Shown: positions 26,451 through 35,883 of the stretch, in pieces
Numbering within the stretch: the first letter of the stretch is position 1
Layout of the letters: every line of letters starts with the position of its first letter
IMG/VR virus record: IMGVR_UViG_3300021959_007005
Source of the DNA: a virus
Lineage: Duplodnaviria > Caudoviricetes
DNA length: 64,000 nucleotides
Direction: 5' to 3' (one strand)
Translations under genes and position numbers: made by a program
Notes under the pieces: generated by a model
Told to the model about the DNA's origin: nothing
The model's input: only the letters and a program-made list of their open reading frames with translations
Database searches by the model: none

Positions 26451-27751
26451 ATAATATGCTATGGGGTCCATTTACTGCAAATGGTCACGATTTAAATTCT
26501 AGTCGAATAGTATTGTTTCAAGAATATCAAAAGAATGTATTTGAAGCAATTCATACGTATAAAGAGCATTCTCATACTAAAATAGTACCTAATAGAATCA
26601 TATATTTTGAGTCTGCAAAAAGGCTTTTTGATTTCTTAGAGGATGAACAATTCTTAGGAGATCCAAAAACTCTTACATTTAGTATACCAAAAAATCATGA
26701 AGAACTAAGAACACAACGAATAGAAAAAGATAAGCGTACTTTTAATTCTCTACCGATAGAAGTTAGAGAAGCAATTAAAAACGAAAATACATTAGTATAT
26801 GTTGATCATTCAATTGAAGGTTGGGATAATATACTATTTGATCGTGTGTGTGAGATTTTTAATATACCGAAAGAAAGACTTGTTTGGATTACATCTATAT
26901 ATAGACTCCGTAACAAGCCTCCATTCACTGAAGTGAAATCTTTATACTATAATTTTTGGGAACACAATTTACACACTCACATAGCCCGTGATAAAAATAA
27001 TGAGCGTATGTTTGAACAGCAAATACAACACTCATTGGATTTAAAACCAAGACAGAAGTTATGTACTTCGTATATGCGTAGACGTAGACATGCCCGTATG
27101 ACTATGGCCATGTTATTAAAAGAGAACGATTTATTGAAAGATATGTATTGGTCACTGGGAACTCTAGTAGATGGTAATAGAAAGTTAAAAAGTGTATTAA
27201 AGCAATTAGATTATATAGTTAGTATTGTAGAAAAATCACATCCAGGACTATTGAACAAAGATACAATAGATTGGGCTTATTCGATTGATAAAAATATAAC
27301 ATGTGATGACAATACATTAGATACTAATTTAGCACTTGGGTTTTTAACATGGGAGCATATATTTGATACTAAATTTATGCTTGTCAATGAAACTATACCG
27401 GGAAATCTAGTACATAATACTTCTACGCTTAGGCCATTCTTATCTGAAAAAATTTATAAACCGTTTGCCGCAGGTCAAATGTTTTTAGTACACGGTTGTG
27501 CAGGAACAGTTGCAGCGATCAAAGAAAAAGGATATAAAACATTTGATGGATTTATAAATCATAGTTATGATAATGAATTATGTCCAACCACTAGAGCAAA
27601 CATGATAGCTAAGGAAATGAAAAGATTATCACAAATACCAGAAGATGTTTGGTTAAAGCATCTACGTGATATTGTACCTCAGTTAAGATACAACTATGAT
27701 CATTTTATTAATTGCAATCCTATAGTAACTACTAGTAATAATGGATGGTAA
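26447..27751 (+). CDS. Putative glycosyltransferase (GT10-like C-terminus), paralog of 24407..25495
   Basis: LVNET..FLSEKIYKPF..MFLVHG..GYKTFD..INHSYD; both paralogs share IDD/VDHSIEG. Confidence 0.45.
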   Translation: MNNMLWGPFTANGHDLNSSRIVLFQEYQKNVFEAIHTYKEHSHTKIVPNRIIYFESAKRLFDFLEDEQFLGDPKTLTFSIPKNHEELRTQRIEKDKRTFNSLPIEVREAIKNENTLVYVDHSIEGWDNILFDRVCEIFNIPKERLVWITSIYRLRNKPPFTEVKSLYYNFWEHNLHTHIARDKNNERMFEQQIQHSLDLKPRQKLCTSYMRRRRHARMTMAMLLKENDLLKDMYWSLGTLVDGNRKLKSVLKQLDYIVSIVEKSHPGLLNKDTIDWAYSIDKNITCDDNTLDTNLALGFLTWEHIFDTKFMLVNETIPGNLVHNTSTLRPFLSEKIYKPFAAGQMFLVHGCAGTVAAIKEKGYKTFDGFINHSYDNELCPTTRANMIAKEMKRLSQIPEDVWLKHLRDIVPQLRYNYDHFINCNPIVTTSNNGW

Positions 27752-27771
27752 GTAGTTAACAAAAGTAAACT

Positions 27772-28923
27772 CTATTTATTTTTAACACTTTCGCTGACTT
27801 TTTTCCATGTTTGATTTGTTTCAGTACCACAAAACATACTACATACTCTCAATCTTTTGTTTGTGATGTCATTATCTCGCCAATTGTCTGGCCAATCAGT
27901 TTGGAATATTTTACTATTAACAATAGACTCTAATGTGTTGTTATTCAAACTAATCTTATCACGGCCTCCACTGTTTACAAATTCTCTAAGTTGTACAGCT
28001 TCTGGCGTACCAGGTGCATATAATTTTCCTGCTGTCATACAGCAAGGAAATACCAAGCCTTCTGATGTTATAAAAATACTTCGCTTATTAAGTACTTGGC
28101 AATCAATACAAGTATTACCCAACTTAACTTCCCACTCATTCAATGGAGTTGATGCATTGTATTTAAATTTAACATGTTTGTTTTTTGTATCTGGATTTTG
28201 ATTACCGTCAACAATATCTTGAATTATTTCTGTATTATTAGACTTTCCATCAGGTGCATGAATACTATATAGGAAATTGTTTTGTTCATTGTATACACCA
28301 AAACTAGACTTTTTATTATTGTTAATCATTGTGTCTTCGAATCCAAATGCTTCCTTTGCATAAAATTCAGTGATTCCTATCTTCTCTGCTAGTTGTCTAG
28401 CTTCTTCAACTTGATGTTGGTTGTGTTTAAAAACTAAAAACTCCCATTTGCTATGACCCGGACCGCTAGCATAGCTTTCCATTGCTGTAATAATTTTATC
28501 CCATTTAGTGCCTCTTCTGTAGATCCAGTTTGTATTTTCTAAACCGTCGACACTAAATGTCAGATGTCCATTGGTATTAATTATCTCACTTAGCTCAGCC
28601 CAAAACTCAGGAGTTCTTCCGCTGGCGTTAGTATTCATAGTAATTTCTATTTTTGGATTAATGTCCTTTGTGTACCTTAGTATATCCAACAACTCAGGAT
28701 TTGTCATTGGATCACCATAGTTTCCACACAAACTAATACCTCTAAGATTTTTTAGAAAGTCTAGGTTAAACCAATCTTTGAACTGATTAAATGTAATGTA
28801 TGTTTCTACCATATTTTCAACTTTTTGTCCGCCAGAATATCTTCTGTTGCATATAGCACATAAAGCATTACACAAGCTGCTCGCTTCTAAATCTAAATAT
28901 TGGAGTTCATTGAATGTGTACAT
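27772..28923 (-). CDS. Radical SAM protein with C-terminal Twitch module (type B)
   Basis: CNALCAIC; LCGNYGDP; MNTNAS; DCQ..IFITSEGLVFPCCM..CSMFC. Confidence 0.92.
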   Translation of the reverse strand: MYTFNELQYLDLEASSLCNALCAICNRRYSGGQKVENMVETYITFNQFKDWFNLDFLKNLRGISLCGNYGDPMTNPELLDILRYTKDINPKIEITMNTNASGRTPEFWAELSEIINTNGHLTFSVDGLENTNWIYRRGTKWDKIITAMESYASGPGHSKWEFLVFKHNQHQVEEARQLAEKIGITEFYAKEAFGFEDTMINNNKKSSFGVYNEQNNFLYSIHAPDGKSNNTEIIQDIVDGNQNPDTKNKHVKFKYNASTPLNEWEVKLGNTCIDCQVLNKRSIFITSEGLVFPCCMTAGKLYAPGTPEAVQLREFVNSGGRDKISLNNNTLESIVNSKIFQTDWPDNWRDNDITNKRLRVCSMFCGTETNQTWKKVSESVKNK

Positions 28924-29788
28924 TTATTTTTTTCCAAATATTATCACTAGCAATTGAAGTACCTTCAGTGTTCCAATGTGCATCAGTATCTGAAAGCCAA
29001 TAGTTTCTAACATTGGGTAAAATGTATTTTATTTTTCTTAGGTTGCTAGATTGTTCTAATTTACTAAGTTGCTCACGAAATATGGAGGTATCTTGGTTAT
29101 TAAGCCAGTGTAAACATCTATCAGGTAACCAATAATAGATAGGTATATTTGTCGCACGTGATATCCAGTATAATCTTTTAACTGCTAATTGTAAATTTAT
29201 TAAATTTGTTACTGGTGTCACTTGGTATTGATAATAATGATCCCATTGTTGTTTCGCATACTTAAACACTTCTGGAACGCTGGAAGCCCGAATACGTTCT
29301 TTAGAAATACGATGATTAGGTACTAATTTTTCAACCCATTGATTGTTATTATCAAATATACTAATATCTGGCGTATCACCAATCTGTGTATACTCGGTAT
29401 TATAGTATATGGTATCTCTTAATCCATCAGTTAGTCCAACAAAAATCACAGGACTATCTTGATGTGTGTTTATCCATTGTTCTAATCTCATTAAAATATC
29501 GACATTACTAGATCCAGGATTAGCAAAATTAAGATAACAGTTCTTAGGGTCTAATTTAGATAAATTAGCGTCGATAGTTTCATTATGAGGTAAGCCTTGT
29601 CCAAATATAAAGCTATCTCCAAATAAAGGAATAACCAATCCTTCATTATTCACATATTTTGTTATGTCAGACCTAGTAGGCATATCATATTGCCAATTCT
29701 CTTCTGGGCATTGAGGACCGATTGGTAATCCCTTCGCTTGCCCGTTCCATTTAATATCTGAAAATATAGATAGCTTATTACTTTTCAT
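28907..29788 (-). CDS. SGNH/GDSL-hydrolase-like protein (possible O-acyl esterase or transferase)
   Basis: LFGDSFIFG (block I Ser), NFANPGSSN (block II), DAHWN (block V DxH); start moved to MKSNK at 29788. Confidence 0.7.
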   Translation of the reverse strand: MKSNKLSIFSDIKWNGQAKGLPIGPQCPEENWQYDMPTRSDITKYVNNEGLVIPLFGDSFIFGQGLPHNETIDANLSKLDPKNCYLNFANPGSSNVDILMRLEQWINTHQDSPVIFVGLTDGLRDTIYYNTEYTQIGDTPDISIFDNNNQWVEKLVPNHRISKERIRASSVPEVFKYAKQQWDHYYQYQVTPVTNLINLQLAVKRLYWISRATNIPIYYWLPDRCLHWLNNQDTSIFREQLSKLEQSSNLRKIKYILPNVRNYWLSDTDAHWNTEGTSIASDNIWKKINVHIQ

Positions 29789-30962
29789 TGAATTCTTCCA
29801 AAAAATCTTGTATGTTGTGTCCACGAATTTTATCAAGCCGCAGTGTATATTCTAACGCATGTTTCCATTTTTCTGGTCTGTCTGGACCGCCAAACATATT
29901 TGTTAACTCATTTACTTTGTACTCTGGAAAAGAGTTATGTAATTTTGTATGTACAAGATCTCGAATTTCCTTGGGAAGTACTGCTGGACTTAGAATAGCT
30001 GGATCGTATACATAGTTATGGTGTACCCATACTCCATGTTCTCTATGAAAGAAGTCATAAAAGTCTCCTAAAGTACTATAGTTCATAAAGCTCACGGTTT
30101 GTGTTACGTCTAGTTCAAAATCCTCTTGTTTAAGACGCAGGAAATTTTTCATTACATCGTCCCATTTGGTAGGATATCTAATATATTCATTTCTCTTACC
30201 CAAGTCATCTATACTACAACTAACCTTTACATGATCAAATTTTCTCCATAACTCAATAACTTTCTCATTCATTAATGTCATGTTAATATTGTACCATAGC
30301 TTAATATCAGTTTTGCCTAATTCAACAAGTCGTTCTAAGAACTTAAAGTGCTGTTTGATTAACATAGGCTCACCACCATTAATATAAAACGTTTTTACAT
30401 TATCACAATGTTTGAGTAAATCTTCCCAAAACTCTTCACGTTCCGGCCAACGAAAGCCTTGCATTGTATTATAATCAGTTAGTTTGAATGATAAACTATT
30501 TTGTAATTTGTCATAATCATTACGCCACTTACTACTACTTGCCGGATTGCATGTTCTACAAGCAACATTACAAGTATTACCCAGACGTAGCTCTACAAAT
30601 TCTAGTTGTACATCTTGTATGTAGCCTTGCGCATCAGTTGCTAATTGAGCTACATCTTGTGTATATTCGGGATAATTTTTTATTTCCTCTAGACGTTTAC
30701 TAGTCATACCTTTTGCTTCTTCGCTAAAACAACGCATACATGCTTTAGGCTTTTTACCTTCCAATACCTGCAATCTTGCTTGTTTAAATGTATCACTATT
30801 CATAGTATCATGTACAGTATCAACATTTAGATTAAAATACTTGTTGTCTGTTCTACTACTGCTGAGTGCCTGTCTGTGATCAGCAATACAACAATGAGTA
30901 ACGCCGCCGTGCGGGTGTGTTGCTAAGTGTTGAAATAACAGGGGGCAAAATGTATTACTCAT
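29778..30962 (-). CDS. Radical SAM protein, N-terminal Twitch-like module (type A)
   Basis: FCPLLF..HCC..CMRCF; CNVACRTC; INGGEP; RYPTKW; LDKIR; start MSNTFC at 30962. Confidence 0.92.
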   Translation of the reverse strand: MSNTFCPLLFQHLATHPHGGVTHCCIADHRQALSSSRTDNKYFNLNVDTVHDTMNSDTFKQARLQVLEGKKPKACMRCFSEEAKGMTSKRLEEIKNYPEYTQDVAQLATDAQGYIQDVQLEFVELRLGNTCNVACRTCNPASSSKWRNDYDKLQNSLSFKLTDYNTMQGFRWPEREEFWEDLLKHCDNVKTFYINGGEPMLIKQHFKFLERLVELGKTDIKLWYNINMTLMNEKVIELWRKFDHVKVSCSIDDLGKRNEYIRYPTKWDDVMKNFLRLKQEDFELDVTQTVSFMNYSTLGDFYDFFHREHGVWVHHNYVYDPAILSPAVLPKEIRDLVHTKLHNSFPEYKVNELTNMFGGPDRPEKWKHALEYTLRLDKIRGHNIQDFLEEFNEK

Positions 30963-32139
30963 AAAATTCCTCAAGCTCTGGCAAAATATCATTTAACGAT
31001 TCAGATCGTATTTCATCCAGTTTTCGAGACCAACTTACAAAGTAATTAAACTTATCTACTTTTTTATCTAGCAAAAATTTCTTGTATGCTTCTAACTGGA
31101 TAAAATGAGTGTCTGTAATATTATAATCTCGTATATACTTATCTACCTTTTGTAGTGCTATTTGTAATACAGAATCAGGCAATACTTGTGCCCTTAGATG
31201 TTCAGGAAATTGTACAATGTTAATAAAAAAATCATTTTTTGTTACCCATTTTTTATCAATACAATACTGAAAAAAATCAATGCAGTGTAATGCATTATAA
31301 GCACTAACAGTACAGTTTATTTTAAAATCAACTTCTGGACTAGTTGCTCTAAGATGCTCTATGTTATTCTCAATATCTTTCCACACTGTGCCACGACGAA
31401 TATATTCAGCATGCTTTCCGTAACCATCTAAACTTGCTTCTACTCTAACACTTTTAAAATGCTTCCATAGATCAATCACATTATGTTGTTTATATACGAG
31501 CTTGCTCAAATTACTGTTATAACTTAGTTCAATATCTGTTTTGTTATTTTCAATAAGATATTCTAAGATTCTATAGTGCTCATCCATTATTAATGGCTCA
31601 CCACCTGCAAAGTAAATTTTTTCAACAGTATCAATCCAAGTTTCGATATCATCCCAAATTTCTTCAATCGTATTTTTTACTCTCGTAATACGTGGCCAAG
31701 AGCCCTCGTTCATTTGTTCCCATTCGTCCTTCCACATACTACTAAAGTCTGGTCCACAGCTTCTACACTTAAAATTGCATATGTTACTAAATCTTATATC
31801 CATATACGACATATCCACTTGTTCAACGGTGCCATCAGGCAATGTTGAATCGATATTTAAAAATTTATGGCTAAATGATTTGTTCATATGTTGGCGCATA
31901 CTAGTACTACCAAAACGTTCTGTTTCAAAACATTTATTACATGCAGCATGTTTTTTATTTGCCAACATTGTTAAACGTAATTCTTTCATACGCTCACTGT
32001 TCCAAATTTCTGTAAAGCTAGACTCACGTGAATTACCAACACTATAATCATAAGATGCTAAACAACAGGGATAAACTTTGCCATTAGCAAAAGCATGTAA
32101 GTGAATCCATGGGAGTATACACATGTTATCTTTCATCAT
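30955..32139 (-). CDS. Radical SAM protein, N-terminal Twitch-like module (type A)
   Basis: MCILPW..YPCC..CNKCF; CNFKCRSC; FAGGEP; RRGTVW; LDEIR. Confidence 0.92.
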   Translation of the reverse strand: MMKDNMCILPWIHLHAFANGKVYPCCLASYDYSVGNSRESSFTEIWNSERMKELRLTMLANKKHAACNKCFETERFGSTSMRQHMNKSFSHKFLNIDSTLPDGTVEQVDMSYMDIRFSNICNFKCRSCGPDFSSMWKDEWEQMNEGSWPRITRVKNTIEEIWDDIETWIDTVEKIYFAGGEPLIMDEHYRILEYLIENNKTDIELSYNSNLSKLVYKQHNVIDLWKHFKSVRVEASLDGYGKHAEYIRRGTVWKDIENNIEHLRATSPEVDFKINCTVSAYNALHCIDFFQYCIDKKWVTKNDFFINIVQFPEHLRAQVLPDSVLQIALQKVDKYIRDYNITDTHFIQLEAYKKFLLDKKVDKFNYFVSWSRKLDEIRSESLNDILPELEEFYE

Positions 32140-33298
32140 AACTCTCTTTTATAATGCTATAAAGCTCTGGAAATGTTTGTATGAAAGATTCTTTACGGTA
32201 TTGGTCTGCTCCTCTAGTTTCTTGTACAAAGTTAGTAAATTGTTGATGGTCACCTGGTTGTTGTAAATGATTAACAATAGGTACAAGTGACTCGTCTGTT
32301 AATTCATTTGAAATTTTTGATTTATACTCTTGTGGTATGTGCCTAATATCGTAGTGTTGTGGATAATAAACTATGTTATTAAAGATATATGTGTCAGGGA
32401 ATTGGTTTAAGTATTTGTGAATCCTAGGCAGATAGTATATGTTTAGTGTACTAATAGTCACAGTAAAACTAATACCTAGTCGTACTCCCTGACTTTGTTG
32501 AAGTTCACTAAACTTTCTAATATTATCGTCTGCTAGATTCCAACTTTTTCCATGGCGTATATAATTAAAATGATCTCCTATACCGTCTATACTAATGTTA
32601 AGTCCAACTGTCTCGAAATTATCCAGCATTTTGTTTACAAAATCTTCATCAAACACTGTAGCGTTTGAACTAAAATTAAGACTAATATGTTTACTATTTC
32701 CATTATCAATTAGCATGTTTACGAGTTTTCTAAAGTCTTTACTGTACAACGGCTCACCACCCATTATTTCTAATCGTTGTACTGTTTTACTCCAGTCATC
32801 CAACTCAGTCCACATCTTACTTGTAATTTTATTGTTAAAGTCTACAGACATCTCTCGATGATCAAATTTGTGAACACGATCATTCCACTCAGTATTCCAT
32901 TTGGTACTGTGTGTCGGGCCACAAGTTCTACACTTTAGATTACAAACATTACCAATGTTTATTTGTAGGTCTTTGGGTATAACTTGTAAATTATTATAAT
33001 CTACATTTATATTAAACGTCTTAAAGATATCATTGTATATTAAACGCTTACTTTGTTTACCATTACGTTCATCATTCCAACAAGTATTACAGTTACTAGG
33101 ATATTTTTCCTCTAACATATCTTTTCTAAGTTGAATCATAAACTCTGAATTTATAATGTCGTGTATGCTATCATCAGCAACATTCATTTTACGTTGGTCT
33201 TGTACAATAAGATCTTTAGCAATACAACAACTTCTAACAAACCCACTAGGCTCACTACTAGTATGCCCCCATGCTAAAGCACATAGATTCTTATTCAT
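32126..33298 (-). CDS. Radical SAM protein, N-terminal Twitch-like module (type A)
   Basis: LCALAW..SCC..CNTCW; CNLKCRTC; IMGGEP; RHGKSW; ADQYR; start MNKNLC at 33298. Confidence 0.92.
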   Translation of the reverse strand: MNKNLCALAWGHTSSEPSGFVRSCCIAKDLIVQDQRKMNVADDSIHDIINSEFMIQLRKDMLEEKYPSNCNTCWNDERNGKQSKRLIYNDIFKTFNINVDYNNLQVIPKDLQINIGNVCNLKCRTCGPTHSTKWNTEWNDRVHKFDHREMSVDFNNKITSKMWTELDDWSKTVQRLEIMGGEPLYSKDFRKLVNMLIDNGNSKHISLNFSSNATVFDEDFVNKMLDNFETVGLNISIDGIGDHFNYIRHGKSWNLADDNIRKFSELQQSQGVRLGISFTVTISTLNIYYLPRIHKYLNQFPDTYIFNNIVYYPQHYDIRHIPQEYKSKISNELTDESLVPIVNHLQQPGDHQQFTNFVQETRGADQYRKESFIQTFPELYSIIKESYDER

Positions 33299-34685
33299 AT
33301 CTACACCACCAGTCATACAACTCAGGGTCAGCACGATAAATGTCTTTTAATCTAAACTGTTCTTGTCTAATTTGATCTAACCTATCTTGATAACCTTTAC
33401 CGTTCTTAAATTTTTGCTCATGTGTGTCTGGAAATTGTTCAGCAAATGTCGGACGATTTTTCATTTCACTAAGTGTATTTACAAGAGTCATTTGTCGATG
33501 TGTAGCACGTGGTTCCATATACGCAAGTAATTGATCAATTTTACGATCTAATATATGCCTTGGCCATGCAAACGGACTCATTACAATGTCAGGATGAAAT
33601 GCAAACATAATTTTAGTTTCCATACTTACATCTAATTCTAAACTTAAATCAAATAAGTCACGTAAACTAAACATACCTGGACCAGTAATAGTTAAATCAA
33701 AACGCATTTTTTCTTTGCCGCCAGGTAGTGCTAATCCTTGCTTAAAGTTATCAAGCCATTCTTCCCATACAATGCCTTTGCGAATAAACTCTACAATATC
33801 TCCTGTACCATCAATGCTTGCACACATTAGCCAATCTTTAAACTGTGGTAAGTAATCATACAAGTTTTTTCCCTTGAAGTCAATCCTTGATAAATTACTA
33901 TTATAACGCAAGTAACAATTTTTCGCACTGCCGTTACGGGTCATTTCTTCTAGTGCCCACCAATGCATATCATACATTAGTGGCTCGCCGCCTACCCAAT
34001 ATATTTCTTCTACAATACCATCACTGATAGCTTGTTTAAATTCAGGCTCAGCTACATGCTTTTGGAAGTTATTCATTTTCTTTTTAACTTCAGGAATCAT
34101 AAATGGTTGGTGTTCAGGGCTCCATAAATCATGTTTCTTTTTTTCAGCTTCCCATGCACTGCTCAATTGCTCGCCGCACATTCGACATTTAAAGTTACAC
34201 AAATTACTATAACGATAGTCAAATGATATAGTAGGCATAGTTGTATAGCCATCATCATCTGTATTATCAAATGCTTCTTGTATTTTGTCTTTGAATAAGA
34301 CACCAGTGAACCATTTACGATATGAACTTAACGACAATGTATCATCATTGCATACATCACATTGACTAATACGCTCTCCTGCCATTAGTTTTTTTCGTAT
34401 GTCACGCATGTATTCACTGTTCCAATGTTCTTCTAGTGTAAGTGGATTAAACTTATCAGCGTCTGTCTCACTTTCACGTATTTCGCCATACTTTTCGTCA
34501 TTGGTTGCATCTATATATTGTTTTTGAAAGGCGTGTTCTTCTCTACTGGCACAACATAATCTGCGCTCTCCTTGTGGACTAATATAGGTGTGTGTCCACG
34601 GTGCCATACAAAACGTTTTGTTTTCACTATCTGCCGCACAGCTTCCATCGTTATTCCATTTTGGTTTAATTTTTGTCAATATCAT
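33291..34685 (-). CDS. Radical SAM protein, N-terminal Twitch-like module (type A)
   Basis: FCMAPW..LCC..CDVCN; CNFKCRMC; WVGGEP; RKGIVW; LDQIR. Confidence 0.92.
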   Translation of the reverse strand: MILTKIKPKWNNDGSCAADSENKTFCMAPWTHTYISPQGERRLCCASREEHAFQKQYIDATNDEKYGEIRESETDADKFNPLTLEEHWNSEYMRDIRKKLMAGERISQCDVCNDDTLSLSSYRKWFTGVLFKDKIQEAFDNTDDDGYTTMPTISFDYRYSNLCNFKCRMCGEQLSSAWEAEKKKHDLWSPEHQPFMIPEVKKKMNNFQKHVAEPEFKQAISDGIVEEIYWVGGEPLMYDMHWWALEEMTRNGSAKNCYLRYNSNLSRIDFKGKNLYDYLPQFKDWLMCASIDGTGDIVEFIRKGIVWEEWLDNFKQGLALPGGKEKMRFDLTITGPGMFSLRDLFDLSLELDVSMETKIMFAFHPDIVMSPFAWPRHILDRKIDQLLAYMEPRATHRQMTLVNTLSEMKNRPTFAEQFPDTHEQKFKNGKGYQDRLDQIRQEQFRLKDIYRADPELYDWWCRYE

Positions 34686-35883
34686 ATTCCATAAACTCAG
34701 GCCATAGTTTTTTCCAACTGTTATTTCTTCTTATATCTAATTTAGATAGAAATTTTAACCCGTTTCTAAAATGCCATAACTCTGGCTCTGCACTATTCAT
34801 ATGTTCTAAGCAAGCATCTACTACTTTTCTTCTTTCATCAGCTATATCTAAATTATCTCTGTACTCTGAAAGTTCTGTAGTATACATATCTTTGATAGGT
34901 TTGGGTAAATTAACAGATGAAAATCGTTTAGGCTCTACTGCCATATTATATGTAAACTGCTGACTTCCCTTAGGCGCACGCCAATGAAATGGGTCCACAT
35001 GCATCTGATCAACAAGATAATCTAAGAATTTTGGTATATTCCTTATGCTTAAATTTGTTATTGTAATTTGTGGAAGTACATGTACTTCTGGCATTTCGTT
35101 TTTTATTGTGTGCCAGTTTTTTACAATCTTCTCCCAATTACTTCCGTAGCGTTGATACTCACCAATGTCGTCGACTGCATCGATACTTGCTCTTATACTA
35201 ACCCATTTAAATTGTTTCCATAGGTCTAGTATATCTATTTTTTTGTATTTTAGTGTTGACAAGTTAGTGTTATACTCAAGTTTTATATTAGACGCCAATC
35301 CTCGGCGCACTACTTCATTTAATAATGTGTAATGATATGGTGTCATCAAAGGCTCACCGCCTGCAAAGTAAATTACTTCTAGTTTGTTATCAACAATTGT
35401 TAAAATGTCTTGCTCTGTATTATTGGATAGTGTAATAAACTTACTGGCACCCTCTTTTACTTGATATTTTAGTGCAGATCCGTCTTCATACCAACTACTA
35501 CTAAGAGCATGCCCACACATTACACAAGCCATATTACACATATTACTACTTCGAATATCTAAATATCTTAATGCAAAGTCAGGTGTTGTATTTTCGGTTA
35601 TTAACTCGCCGTAATCATTATTCAACCGTGTTCTTAGACTGTTCCCATTTCCAAATTTTTCTTGATTATAACAAAACTTACAAGCATCTTGTAATTTACC
35701 ATCGAGAAGATCTTGTCTAAAATTACTCGCAGTATCACTTCGCCAAGCATCTTGCACAGACATTTCATTTGTATTTCCATAGTTAATACTTTGTGCAGTA
35801 CAACAAGGATTTACTTGACCGTCTGGGTGTATGTATAAGTGTACCCAAGGCGCAGCGCAAATTACTCCATTATCTTCTTTCAA
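34666..35883 (-). CDS. Radical SAM protein, N-terminal Twitch-like module (type A)
   Basis: ICAAPW..NPCC..CKFCY; CNMACVMC; FAGGEP; RYGSNW; LDIRR. Confidence 0.92.
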   Translation of the reverse strand: MKEDNGVICAAPWVHLYIHPDGQVNPCCTAQSINYGNTNEMSVQDAWRSDTASNFRQDLLDGKLQDACKFCYNQEKFGNGNSLRTRLNNDYGELITENTTPDFALRYLDIRSSNMCNMACVMCGHALSSSWYEDGSALKYQVKEGASKFITLSNNTEQDILTIVDNKLEVIYFAGGEPLMTPYHYTLLNEVVRRGLASNIKLEYNTNLSTLKYKKIDILDLWKQFKWVSIRASIDAVDDIGEYQRYGSNWEKIVKNWHTIKNEMPEVHVLPQITITNLSIRNIPKFLDYLVDQMHVDPFHWRAPKGSQQFTYNMAVEPKRFSSVNLPKPIKDMYTTELSEYRDNLDIADERRKVVDACLEHMNSAEPELWHFRNGLKFLSKLDIRRNNSWKKLWPEFMEYDIDKN

